Positions 14,655-26,714 of a stretch of 64,000 nucleotides of DNA are shown piece after piece (the stretch's first letter is position 1; each line of letters begins with the position of its first letter). Both the position numbers and the translations under genes were made by a program. The notes beneath the pieces were generated by a model. That model did no database searches. It had not been told where the DNA came from and saw only the letters and a list, made by a program, of their open reading frames with translations. This stretch comes from Octopus sinensis (lineage: Eukaryota), in NCBI RefSeq assembly GCF_006345805.1, contig NC_042999.1, positions 78,616,001-78,680,000 of the forward strand, in the 5' to 3' direction.

Positions 14655-14830
14655 TTCAAATTGACAAAATGCAAAAGAGGAAGACAAGTGTAGGAACAAC
14701 AAGGAAGTGTATTAGTTTAACGCTCGGGAAAATGGAAATGTCTTCTACGTTTCGGGCCTACGCTCCTCGGCAGAAAGGAATAAGAGGAAAAAATGGAGAG
14801 AGAACGAAAGAAACGGAGAGAGAAAACTGT
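14655..14830 (-). mobile_element. Short Penelope pLTR-like element in (TA)n with a hammerhead-like motif
   Basis: Homologous to 39358-39550; flanked by (TA)n on both sides; motif at 14740-14778. Confidence 0.55.
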
Positions 14831-14851
14831 ATATATATACATACATATATA

Positions 14852-14905
<54 letters not shown>

Positions 14906-14912
14906 TATATAT

Positions 14913-14951
<39 letters not shown>

Positions 14952-14956
<5 letters not shown>

Positions 14957-16188
14957 TGCATAAGATATTTGAGGACAAATTTATATTTATAAAAAACCCC
15001 AGATATATGATAACTTTATTTATCAAAAAATGCTATGAGGATAAAAATAAACCTTCTTTTCCATAATGTTATTCAATAAAGCCACCTTCAGCTTCAACAA
15101 CTGCTTCTATATGAGATCTAAATCATCTACATGCTGAAATCAAGTAGTCCTGGTTCATTTTAGACATTACTCGGATTATGGCAACTTTCAAAGAATCTTT
15201 GGTATTATGAGTGTGTTTATTGACCTCTCAACAACGCTCCACATGTAATAGTCCAATGGATTAAGATGTGGGGAATTAGGAGGCCAAATGTTAGGGACTA
15301 TGTGATCATGAAAATTTTCAGCCATCCATTCCTGTGTTACTAGAGCCATGTGTAATAGTGCAGAGTCTTACTGAAACACATATGACCTTTCGTTGCATAC
15401 ACTGTCTACCCAAGGCTTAACAGTTATTTCTAGGACCTCAATGTAGGCGGCAGAGTTAACTCTAAAGCCTTGTGGAAAGAGGTATGGAGGCATCACATGT
15501 CCTTCATTGCTGACAACCCTTAACATCATAACAGTTGCAGGAAATTTTGTATGCATAACACTTGGAACTTCAGAAGGGTCTGCTCAGCTGTCATTCTTTC
15601 TGTTAATTTTTGATCTTGCTCAAAGTTTTTCTCGTTTGAGAAAAACCAAATCAAATCTGATGGATTTTTCAGTTTGTTTAAGAGCCTTTTAGATTTGATG
15701 CAGTGATCTTCTTTTGCTTTTTCGGGCAAACTGACCTTTCTTCATCATATAAGACTTATATCTGATGTCTTCATGGATAACACTTCTGATTGTTCTTTCT
15801 GACACATGGAGATCTTTTGCAATTGACGTCATGGACTTTCTGGGATTGTAATAAATGGTCTATTGAACTTGCTGGATAAATTCAGGTGTTCTGATGATTT
15901 CAGAGTTTAGAATGCTTGTTATGCTTTGATACTGGTGATACGTTTCCATCTTCAGCCTCTAGCTCCTTACAAACTTTGTAGACGAAAGATCTGACAACTT
16001 TTAAAGATTGAGATATTTCTAAATCACTATGCTCAGCCTTTATAACCAGAATAACAGCATGCCTCTTCATTTCTTGAGTAAGCTGAGGGTCTGCCATTAT
16101 TATTTTCCGAAACAAAGATTATACAGAGTTAGCGAAAAATGCAGCAATACCCGAAAAAGGTATGTCCTCAAATACATTATGTACCCTG
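14952..16188 (-). mobile_element. Full-length degenerate Tc1/mariner, DD37D (maT) family
   Basis: TIRs 14952-14976 and 16164-16188 (rc CAGGGTACATAATGTATTTGAGGAC) with TA flank. Transposase pieces include FFSNEKNF, HTKFPATVMMLRVVSNEG and D-SALLHMALVTQEWMAENFHDHIVPNIWPPNSPHLNPL-D, with 37 residues counted between the two aspartates. Confidence 0.9.
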
Positions 16189-17046
16189 TACACAGCAGAG
16201 TAGTATTTTTTCAATGCATTAGATATGCTTGTAGTGCATGCGAAGTCAAGCACGCGCGCACTCATACTTGCCGTAGAGCTGATGTGACTATTTATCTGCG
16301 AGTGTTCATTATCGATGAAATATATTCCCAAAATTGCAATATCTAAATCGAAAATACATAGTGCAGAAGGTACCTTTTGGCCAAATATGACATTAAAATT
16401 GAAACATTAAAACTCTTTAAAAAAAAAAATCCCGCGTGTGTATGCCTTAACTTATAACTATGTGTATTTGTGTGCATGTGTAATTGTGTGTGTATGTGCG
16501 TGCGCGTGCGTATGTGCGTATGTCTTTTCTTTTGCTCCTTGTCTCAACGTATACAGTTGAAACTTCATCTTGGAGTGTAACGTGAAACTGGACATTATAA
16601 AACACTCAAAATTGTATTGATTTATAAGCTTTTTAAATAACAGTTTACTTACTTTTCATGTGTAGACAGTTTTTACAAAAGTTTATTTTTTAATTGGTTT
16701 TAATATTGCGAATGTTTCAAAACGCATTCAATGTGTAAATCTCTTTTTAATATATATATTTTATTGTACAATGTTATTCACACAGAGAAACTATTTCAAA
16801 TGGTTAATGTTTTAATGTGAACGATATCATACAATAAAAGCAAACAACGGTGAAATTAATAGTCTTTTTGTCTCTAGGTATCTAATATCGTTTGCATTAC
16901 AATTTTGGTAGCAAATTCAGGAGACTCGGGTTATAATTCATAGTAAACATCAAACCGAAATAGGACACCTTACTATTTTTCGACATTAGTGGAAAACCTC
17001 TGCTACTAACGCTAAAGTGCTGACGGATTATCTCATGGAGATAAAT

Positions 17047-17383
17047 TGAGTTGAGACCCCCTTCGGTCATGAATGCCCATGGGATTGCACCTAGAAAGTT
17101 ATCCTCCCAGGCACAAGTCCGGGCAAGGTTGTTCATGGAAGACCAGCAGTCGCCCATGCATACTGGCCTCCCCTCTGCACGCCACCGATGTTATCCAAGG
17201 GAAAGGCAACAGCAGATACAGCTTGGCACCTGTGACGTCGCAACTCATTTCTACAGCTGAGTGAACTGGAGCAACGTGAAATAAAGTGTCTGCTCAAGAA
17301 AGCAACACGCAGCCCGGTCTGGGATTCGAACTCACAACCTCGCGATCGTAAGCTCGACGCTCTAACCACTGAGCTATGCGCCT
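17047..17383 (-). mobile_element. tRNA-derived SINE, family C (CORE-like, RTE-like tail), with TSD
   Basis: Head GGCGCATAGCTCAGTGGTTAGAGCG..GTTCGAATCCC; flanking 14-bp duplication TCATGGWGATAAAT at 17033-17046 and 17384-17397 (1 mismatch). Confidence 0.88.
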
Positions 17384-17424
17384 TCATGGTGATAAATAGT
17401 GTAGTATAAATATTGAAAGTATTT

Positions 17425-17643
17425 ATATTGGCTTCAAATTTTGGCACAAGTTCTGCAATTTCGAGAGAGGGGTAAATCGTTTACATCGACCCCAGTTCTC
17501 AACTGCTGCTTATTTTATCGAACCTGAAAGGATGAAAGGCAAAGTCGACAGCCGCAGAATTTGAACTCAGAATGTAAAGACGGACGAAATGCCGCTAAGC
17601 ATTTTTCCCGATGTGCTAACGATACTGACAGCTCGCTGCCTTA
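17425..17643 (-). mobile_element. SINE family A
   Basis: Family-A motif, ending CAGCTCGCTGCCTT. Confidence 0.85.
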
Positions 17644-18093
17644 GAAAGTATTTATGCTAATTATTCTGATAAGAAAGAAAGGCAGACTTTATATAGTGTA
17701 ATGAATAAAGTGAACTCCGAGTTAGCAATAGATACGTAAGCCAGGTGAAAATTATCTCAAATTTGGGGTTTTTGATGTCTAATAACAGTTAACCTCTTGC
17801 AACAAGATTACTGTTGATTTCGACTATGGATGTTTGAATATACAATTAACTGAATTATCTGCCTTACTAAATTAACATGTGGGCGAGTTTATGTGTATGT
17901 GTGTATGTGTGAGTGTGAATATACAAGCATATATACATATATATATATTCATTCACATGTTAATGCGTGTGCACGAGTGTGAGTGGGTATGTTTTATTTA
18001 TTAAACTGTTTGTCAGTAACTTCGAAGTCTCGTCTTCATAAACTTGTAAAGAATTCTGATTTTGAAAGATTTTTTAAAATATATTTTCTGGAT

Positions 18094-18248
18094 TATCTTC
18101 TTCTTCTTCTTCTTCTTCTTCTTCTTCTTCTTCTTCTTCTTCTTCTTCTTCTTCTTCTTCTTCTTCTTCTTCTTCTTCTTCTTCTTCTTCTTCTTCTTCT
18201 TCTTCTTCTTCTTCTTCTCTTCTTCTTCTTCTTCTTCTTCTTCTTCTA
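18094..18248. repeat. (CTT)n microsatellite
   Basis: Direct observation. Confidence 0.97.
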
Positions 18249-18579
18249 TTTCTTTTACCTTTTAACTTCTCGTTTCTGCTCATCCAATCAAACAATTCAC
18301 TCAAATATTTTTTTGTGAAAAACAAAAAAGAACCCTATAAAAACTCCCCTACATTACAAACACTATGCCTCACCCACAAGATGAATAAAAATATACACAA
18401 CAGGTTCAGAAAACTTGTCATTCTTTAAAGTCTAGCGAAGGCAACTGAGTTAAAACTTTGAAGTCAGTGATAATCTTTTCCTTGTAAAAATATAACAAAT
18501 ACGATACTCTAATTAAATGTATTTGAGGGATAATTTAATTTATGTTTTCTTTTGTCTGGAAATATGCATAAAATGTGAA

Positions 18580-18920
18580 GGCGCATGGTTCAGTGGTTAG
18601 AGCATCGGGCTCACAGTTACGAGGTAGTGAGTTCCATTCGGACTGGTCTGTGTGTTGTGTTCAAGATACTTTATTTCACGTTGGTCCAGTTCATTCAGCT
18701 GTAGAAATGAGTTGCGATGTCACTGACACCAAGCTGTATCGGTCTTTGTCTTTCCCTTGTATAACATGGGTGGTGTGGGAAGGGGAGTCTGGTATGCATG
18801 GGCGACAGCTGATCTTACATAAACAATCTTGCCCGGACTTGTACCTTGGAGGGGGGCTTTCTAGGTGAAATCCCATGGTCATTCATGACCGAAGGGTGTC
18901 TTTAACCTTACTCTTTACCC
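18580..18920 (+). mobile_element. SINE family C with TSD
   Basis: GGCGCATGGTTCAGTGGTTAGAGC head; TATGCATAAAAT duplicated at 18563-18574 and 18921-18932. Confidence 0.85.
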
Positions 18921-19319
18921 TATGCATAAAAATAAACACATACACATACAACTCTCTCTCTCTCTCTATCACACACACATACACACAGAAACACATGTAT
19001 AGACATACATGCGGTTATGAATGCATATATGCACACACATACATACGAATCTCTGTGCATGGAAATATAAAGTTAATAACGGTCTTACATGGCCCTTCCA
19101 CCGTAATTTCCAGTTAATCGGAATTTACTCGTTTACTTAAATCGTGCATAATTCATGGCCAGCTGCTTCTTTTTCAACAATCGTTTGGCTATCGGCTACG
19201 TTAAACTCAAAATAATACTTCCTGAAGCATCAACTTCTAATATATAATACATTCATGCATACATACGTGCATACATACATACATACATACATACATACAT
19301 ACATACATACATACATACA

Positions 19320-19351
<32 letters not shown>

Positions 19352-19539
19352 CACATATTTATGTATGTGTTCATGTATGCATATATGTATGTATGCACGT
19401 ATGTATGTATTCATGTAGGTATGCGTGTATACATATATGTGTGTGAATGTGAGATGCATTAATTAAAATTAATAGGCTTGTGTGAGATTAAGAGGAAGAG
19501 TGTGAGGAAGAATAACATGAGGTACAAAAAGAGCTTGTG

Positions 19540-19582
<43 letters not shown>

Positions 19583-19662
19583 TGGGGAGAGGATTTATGA
19601 TGTATGTGATCAGTTAGGTAGACTTATATACAGAGGGAAGGATATGGGCGAAAAGAAGAAGT

Positions 19663-19713
<51 letters not shown>

Positions 19714-20240
19714 GAGAGAGAGAGGTGAAGAATGGAAGGGAATGTGTGGAAATTAGTTAAAAAATTATATATCATACATAGCGCAATGTCAACTACAATT
19801 TTAATAGCAAATACTTCCCCAGAGATTTTTTTGGTAAGGTTTGGTGTATATGTATGGTAGGTAGGTAAATGCCAGCTACAGGAACCAAAAAAATATAAAA
19901 GACAGTTACCAGCTGGTAACTCCATTAGAACCACAGGGCCTTGGCAATACCATGCTCGGTCGTCAATTAATGTTTGCCGATACAGCTGTAATAGGAAAAT
20001 GATAGTGTAGGCTGGTCGAAAAAGTTGTACCACGCCTCGTAAAACAGAAAAAGACGAAGTAGTATGTTGTATCTCGTTGTTGTTGTTGTTGTTATTATTG
20101 TTAATATTGTTTATATTCTTCTTCTTCTTCTTCTTCTTTCTTCTTCTTCTTCTCTTCTTCTCTTCTTCTTCTTCTTCTTCTTCTTCTTTCTTCTTCTTCT
20201 TCTTATTATTATTATATTATTATTATTATTATTATTATTA

Positions 20241-20272
<32 letters not shown>

Positions 20273-20335
20273 TATCATCATCATCTCATCATCATCATCA
20301 TCATTTATTATTATCATTATCATTATTATTATATA

Positions 20336-20387
<52 letters not shown>

Positions 20388-20760
20388 TATTATTATTATT
20401 ATTATTATTATTAAGTTTATAATATATCTTGATTTCTTTTCCTAACCAACTTTCCCCTCCTCCACACTCTCGAGTATATGTAGACATTACAACCCATTCC
20501 CGAAAAATCCGTTAAAAAAGAATAAAAAAAAAAGAAAAAAAAAGAAAGAAGAATAAAAGAAAAATGGAGTCTACATACGCGCATCATCTACATATAAAGG
20601 ATATATATTTATATAAGTATGTGTATGAGTAATACACACACACACACACACATATATGATATTTATATATGTATGAGTGATATAAATATGTATGTGTATA
20701 TAATCTATATCACTCATACATATATAAATATCATATATATATATATATATATAATATATA

Positions 20761-20816
<56 letters not shown>

Positions 20817-21449
20817 CATACATATAAATATATGTTTATATATATACACAGTGTGTGTATATATGTATGTATACATATATCTATATCTTTATATATGTAT
20901 ACGTACATATACATACAGACACACAAACAAACAACGATACATACATACATACATACATACATGCATACATACATACATACATACATACATACATACATAC
21001 ATACATGTACGCACATAGACATATAGATACATACATGCACATATACGTATACATGTGCGCATTGACGCATACACACAAACATGTGTTTATGCGAATGTAA
21101 CGAATACGGTGTTAAGTCTCAAACGTCCATGTACATACATCGCTTGAGCAGTTATACGAGATGCTGGAGAAGTTTAGAAGGAGTGAAAAAAAATCCCCAG
21201 CAGAGAAAGGGAAAACAAGAACAAATCAAAGCATCAGGGTAAAAGTAAATAAGGCAGAGAATGAGAGAGAAAGGAAGAAGAAAGAGAAGAGGAAAAAGAA
21301 GGCAGAGTGGTTAAAGTAAATCCGCTTCGCTACCAAATGAAGAAAGAAGAAGAAAGGCGAATAGTCCCCTGCGGTTTGGCTCCATGTTTCAACAGTCGTC
21401 AACGATTAAAAGCAAGTTATTTAGTGACCGCTGTTGACGGATTAGGGCA

Positions 21450-21961
21450 GTATGAAGAGATATAAGGGAAGCAGACGAAGAGTAAGAACGAGACTAGAAA
21501 GAGAGGTAGAGAGAGAGGGAGTGCGAGTGAGAGAGAAAGGAAAGAGAGAAAGGAAAGAGAGAAAGGAGAGAGAATGTAGATGGTCATAGAGAGAGAAAAC
21601 GAAATAGAATATGTGAGAGAGAGGGAGAGAAAAGGAAGAGAACGAAGAGTGTGGATGGTCACAGGGACAGAAAACGATGTAGTATATGAAAGAGAAAGAG
21701 AAGGAGGGGGGTGTGAGAGAGAGGGGAGAAGAAAGAGAGGACGGTCACAGACGGGAAAACAAAGTAGAATATGAGAGAGAGAGACTAAAAGGGAGAGAGA
21801 AAGGATAGAGTGTGGATGGGTACACAGAGAGAAAACGATGTCGTATATCAGGAAGACAGAAAGAGAGAGAGAGAGACAGACAGAGAGGGAAAGAGAGAGA
21901 GAGAGAGACGGAAAAAGAGAGAATGAGTGCATGGGCATAGAGGAAGAAAATGACATGTCAA

Positions 21962-22010
<49 letters not shown>

Positions 22011-22090
22011 AAAAGAGGGGAGGATGAGGGAGAAAGTGAGGATGGTCATAGAAGAAGAAAGTAATATAAATTATGAGAGAGAAAGAAGAA
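21450..22090. repeat. Purine-rich tract containing a cryptic minisatellite
   Basis: Recurring GATGGTCA(C/T)AG..GAAAACGA..TAG(A/T)ATAT(GA)n units near 21580, 21655, 21740, 21815 and 22042. Confidence 0.7.
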
Positions 22091-22639
22091 ATGATAAACA
22101 GGCAGTGACATAGGAGAGGAAATTGATACGTTTGTTATATCTAGAAATAATTGGTAGCTATATTTCGATGTTTTGAATTATATATCCTTTAAAAGTTTAA
22201 AATCAAATATAATGATAATGATAATTGTAATACTGTCATTGTTGCTGGAAATATTACTGCTACAGAAGCTACTGCCGCGGATGTATGGGATTTGTCTACT
22301 AGAAGGTACATTCAAACGCAATAAACTTATCAATGCGATTTTCACATCTCAAGAGTATTTGAATGATAAAACAAAACGTGTGTACGAGTGTTTGTGTACG
22401 TATTACAGACATGCACAATTCATTTTTTGCTAGATACTGGTCGTTTCGGAGGTGGATGAGAGTGTGGAACTGAGGAGCGGAAATGGCCACGAAACATCGA
22501 TATCTGCCTCTCTCTTTCACTTTCCGGACGATTTTATTTCGCCTAAACCTGCCGGGACCGATATAACGTACATCTACCATAAACGGAAACAGCAGCAGCA
22601 TGGCAGCAGCAGCAGCAGCAGCATGGCAGCAGCAGCAGC

Positions 22640-22672
<33 letters not shown>

Positions 22673-23087
22673 AATAACAACAACAACAACAACAACAGCA
22701 GCAGCAGCAACAACAACAACAGCAGCAGCAGCAGGAACAACAACAGCAACAACGTTAATGATAGGGGTTTCAAAGGCATTGGCGTTCGTTGCGTAGATGT
22801 CGTCGATGATGATTATGATTATAAAAAAAGGATTTTAATATTGATAAAAATCAACATTTACAACATAGTAACGAAAATTATATATATAAAAACTGTCATC
22901 ATTAATTCGGCAAGAAGGTTCTAGAAATATTCTCGGAGTTGGAGCAATCTTGTTAATATCGTGCTTCAAAAACATTCCATTGGTAGCTTGAAACAAGATC
23001 AACGTATAACGTTGCGATTGCAATAGTGATAAAAATAATGACGATGATAATAATATTAATAAGAATATCAACAACAACAACAACAAA

Positions 23088-23184
<97 letters not shown>

Positions 23185-23558
23185 TGATGATAATAATAAT
23201 AATAATAATAATAATAACTAATAATAATAATAATAATAATATTTGGAGATATCAGATAACAAGAATGTGAGAATGGAAAACATAAATAAGGTTCATAATA
23301 ATAGATGTTTTGGGATTGATAAAAAGAGTCAGAAATATACATGACCACAGCAACAGTACTTACAAATATGCATGTCACATAGAAAATAGTACAACTGGGA
23401 CTGAATTACTTAAGAGTGCTTTCGCTACAATGTACAAAATAGCTAAAACAAAAGAACTCACTTTATGACCTCAAATTATGCACTGCATAACGCTCGGTTA
23501 TGTAGTGAAACACGCTGTAACGACAAAACAATTGATGATGATGATGATGACAACAAAT

Positions 23559-24136
23559 GCCCTGATGCAAAACCGGGCTTCTGATCTTAACTGATTGGAA
23601 GTGTTAACAGGTACATGATTTGTCTTGCTGTAAAAAAATATTCTGCTCAATATCACAGGTTTGCTTGTCAGTTGCTTGAACTTAACTAGTTGAGCGTGTC
23701 TCATTACTATCTGACGATATGTGCATCTCTCATAACGAGCAGGAGCAGTGGGGAAGCTTCATAGACGTGTGTTGAGAGGGATTCTTTAGGGTTTGAATAA
23801 TTCATCCCTGGAAACATAGCTGTTTTATTTATCATTCATTAAACAAGTTTTATTTAGGGAGCTTTTGAGCGGGATGGGTTCTCGACCTTTTGAGCAGGAT
23901 GGGCTCCTCGACCTTTTGAGCAGGATGGGCTACTCGACCTGAAGAAAATTCTAACTGGGCCCCACCTGCAAGGTCATGAGCAGTTTATTTTGGTTGTGAT
24001 GCATGATGCGGACATATGGTTGTGATGCATGTGCCTGGTGTACCCTTTTATCAAACGGGTAGTCATGATGGGTATATTGGGCTTCGTATATCTGTACCCC
24101 AGCGTCACCTTGATGGTGTGTGCTGCTCTCCCACTC
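23559..24136 (+). mobile_element. Unclassified ~550-bp interspersed element, copy 1
   Basis: Homologous to 41799-42346 and 63365-63741; contains a 25-26 bp unit triplicated at 23862-23938. Strand is inferred. Confidence 0.75.
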
Positions 24137-24153
24137 AATAATGATAATAATAA

Positions 24154-25872
24154 ATCTTGCTTGGAAAAAGTATGGCGAATTGGAGAACGGACCTGACAGC
24201 ATACGGAAAAAGTTTAGGGACAGTAGAAATCAGAAGGGGCATCTTCAAAGGGGACTGCCTGTCCTCACTGATCTTTGTACTGTGCTTGATGCCACTAACA
24301 CTGATTTTGAGGAAAGCAAAAGCTAGATATGTATTCAAAAGCCGCCAACAAAAAGTCAAGCATTTGTTATTCATAGACGACCTCAAACTTTATGGTAAAG
24401 ATGAATCCCAAGTCAGTTCCCTAGTTGATACGATGTATACTTTTAGTGCTGATGTCAGAATGGAGTTCGAACCGAGAAAGTGAGGTGTGTTAGTCTTGAA
24501 GAGAGGCAAAATCAAATGTATGGACGGACTAACGATACCGTCGGGGGAGGTTATGAGGCAGATAGAAGAAACGGGCTATAAGTACTTGGGGATTGATAAA
24601 TGGATGGAGAAAGAAATGACAGAAAAATTTAAGGCGGAGTACTTGCGCAGACTGGGACTAATCCTTAAGTCGAAATTAAACGGACGGAATAAGATTGAAG
24701 CTATCAACACCTGGGCGGTTTCACTCCTTAGATATGGAGCAGGGTTAATCGCATGGACAGTAAACGAACTAAACAACTTACACAGAAAGACAAGGAAGTT
24801 TCTAACTAGATACTCCACCCAAAAAGTGACTCAGTCAGATTGTATGTACCAAGAAAAAGAGGACTTATTGGATGCGAGCACAGCATTAAAGCAGAAGAAA
24901 ACAACATAGCATAGTATGTAAAAAATGCCACAGAACCGCTATTATTAGAAGTAAGAAGGCCAGACTTGTGTAGGATGAAAGATTGCAAAGATAAAGCACT
25001 GCACAAGCAATTGAAAACGAATGAAACAGAAAATAGGTGGGTAAAGAAATGAATGCATGGACAATTTCATAGGGATGTTGAAGGTAAGACAGACAGAGAA
25101 AGAAGATGGTTGTAGATGACTAAAAGTGATTTAAAACCCGGAAACGGAGGCTCTAATCTGTGCTGCCCAAGAGCAAGCATTAAGAACAAACTACATAAAA
25201 TACAGAATAGACAACACAACAGAAAGTGATAAGTGCCGAATTTGAGGACAAAATGGTGAAACCGTATGGCATACTACCAGTCAATGTACGTCACCTGCCC
25301 AGAAGGAATGTAATAGACGCCACGACAATATAGCAAGACCTGTCCATTGGACACTTTGCATCAAATATGGACTTGACAGGGCAAAAAATTGGTACGACTA
25401 TAAACCCGAAGACATCATCGAAAATGATAACGCAAAGATCCTGTGGGATTTTATGATTCAATGCGACCATGAGATAATAGGAAACCAGACATAGTGTTAA
25501 TTGAGAAAGAAAGCAAACTATGTTGGATCATGGATATATGATCAGCTGACAACAAGGTATGCGATAAGGAAGAAAGAAAAGTCGATAGCTATGACAGGTT
25601 AGCTTGGGAAGTTAAGCAGTTGTGGTCGATGAAAAAGGTGGCAGTAGTACCAATAATTGTCGGAGACCTGGGAACAGTGAGTAAAAATCTTGATAAGTAC
25701 ATGAAACAAATAGGGGCTGCAATAAGGGTGGAGCACTTGCAGAAAACAGCATTGCTTGGAACTACTCGAATACTCCGGAAGGTGCTCGGAAAATAAGGGG
25801 TATTACCTTAGTTCACTGGTAGTGAACAGCTGACACCATAGTACATCTCCAGCGTTAGAAGCTGTGCAAACG
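24154..25872 (+). mobile_element. R4/Dong-like non-LTR retrotransposon (RT plus restriction-like endonuclease), 5'-truncated and decayed
   Basis: RGIFKGDCLSSLIF, HLLFIDDLKLY, YKYLG; C-terminal RHDNIA, KILWDF, KPDIV and VPIIVGDLG..LQKTALLGTTRILRKVL to a stop at 25794-25796; TAA repeats at both ends. Confidence 0.9.
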
Positions 25873-25895
25873 CAATGATAATAATGATGATAATG

Positions 25896-25965
<70 letters not shown>

Positions 25966-26119
25966 TAATGGCTGTGAGCAGCTGACACTTTCCATCACAC
26001 CCAGCAAAATAAGCTGTGAGTTTTCATATAATAATAATGATTTCTTTTATTTGCCACCAGGGCGAAAGATGAAGGGAACAATACAAAGAGAGACATCATG
26101 TGTTGGGGTTTACATATAA

Positions 26120-26700
26120 TGAAATGAGACTTGCTCAAAACCATTACAAGTTGTGGAGACAGGATGAGGTGGCGAAAGTGCTACACTGTAAACTATGTGA
26201 AAAGTGGAGTCTAGAGAAAGACAAGATGTTGTATGAGCATAAACCACAGAGAGGAGCTGAGTCGGAGACCTGCAAAATCCTCTGGGATTAACAAATCTAA
26301 ACAGGTCAAGTGTTAGAGCATAACAAGCCGGACCTAGTGGGGATGGACAAGATGTACTACATGTGCTACATAATTCATGTTGCGAGCCCTTTTGACGAAC
26401 GAATAATCAAGAAGGAAGGCGAAAATATAGACATGTACAATCCTCTTAAGTACGAAATAGCTTGGCTATGGAAAATAAAGAAAGTGAAGATAGTGCCAAT
26501 TATTGTTGGATCCTTAGGAACAGTATCAGAAGGCATCAAGAAGAATATAAAGGTAATTGGAATAGAGTACCCAGTAGAAATGTTACAAAAGATTTTCCCC
26601 CTTGGCACGGCCAGAATAATCAGGAAAGTAATAGATAGTTGAAAAGAACAGCTAGCATGGTAGCGTAGGCTGCACGTAGCCTGCATGCAAGACTCCAAGA
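26120..26700 (+). mobile_element. Second, divergent R4-like LINE 3' fragment (RLE domain)
   Basis: KILWD, HNKPDLV, KYNPLKYE-like DMYNPLKYEIAWLW, VPIIVGSLG, LGTARIIRKV. Confidence 0.85.
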
Positions 26701-26714
26701 GTAACATAATGAAA

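Noticed and set aside
17300-17385. tRNA-like sequences with A and B boxes (also 18580, 31795, 35508, 52726)
   Set aside because: These are SINE heads continuing into shared SINE bodies with TSDs; I saw no complete cloverleaf.
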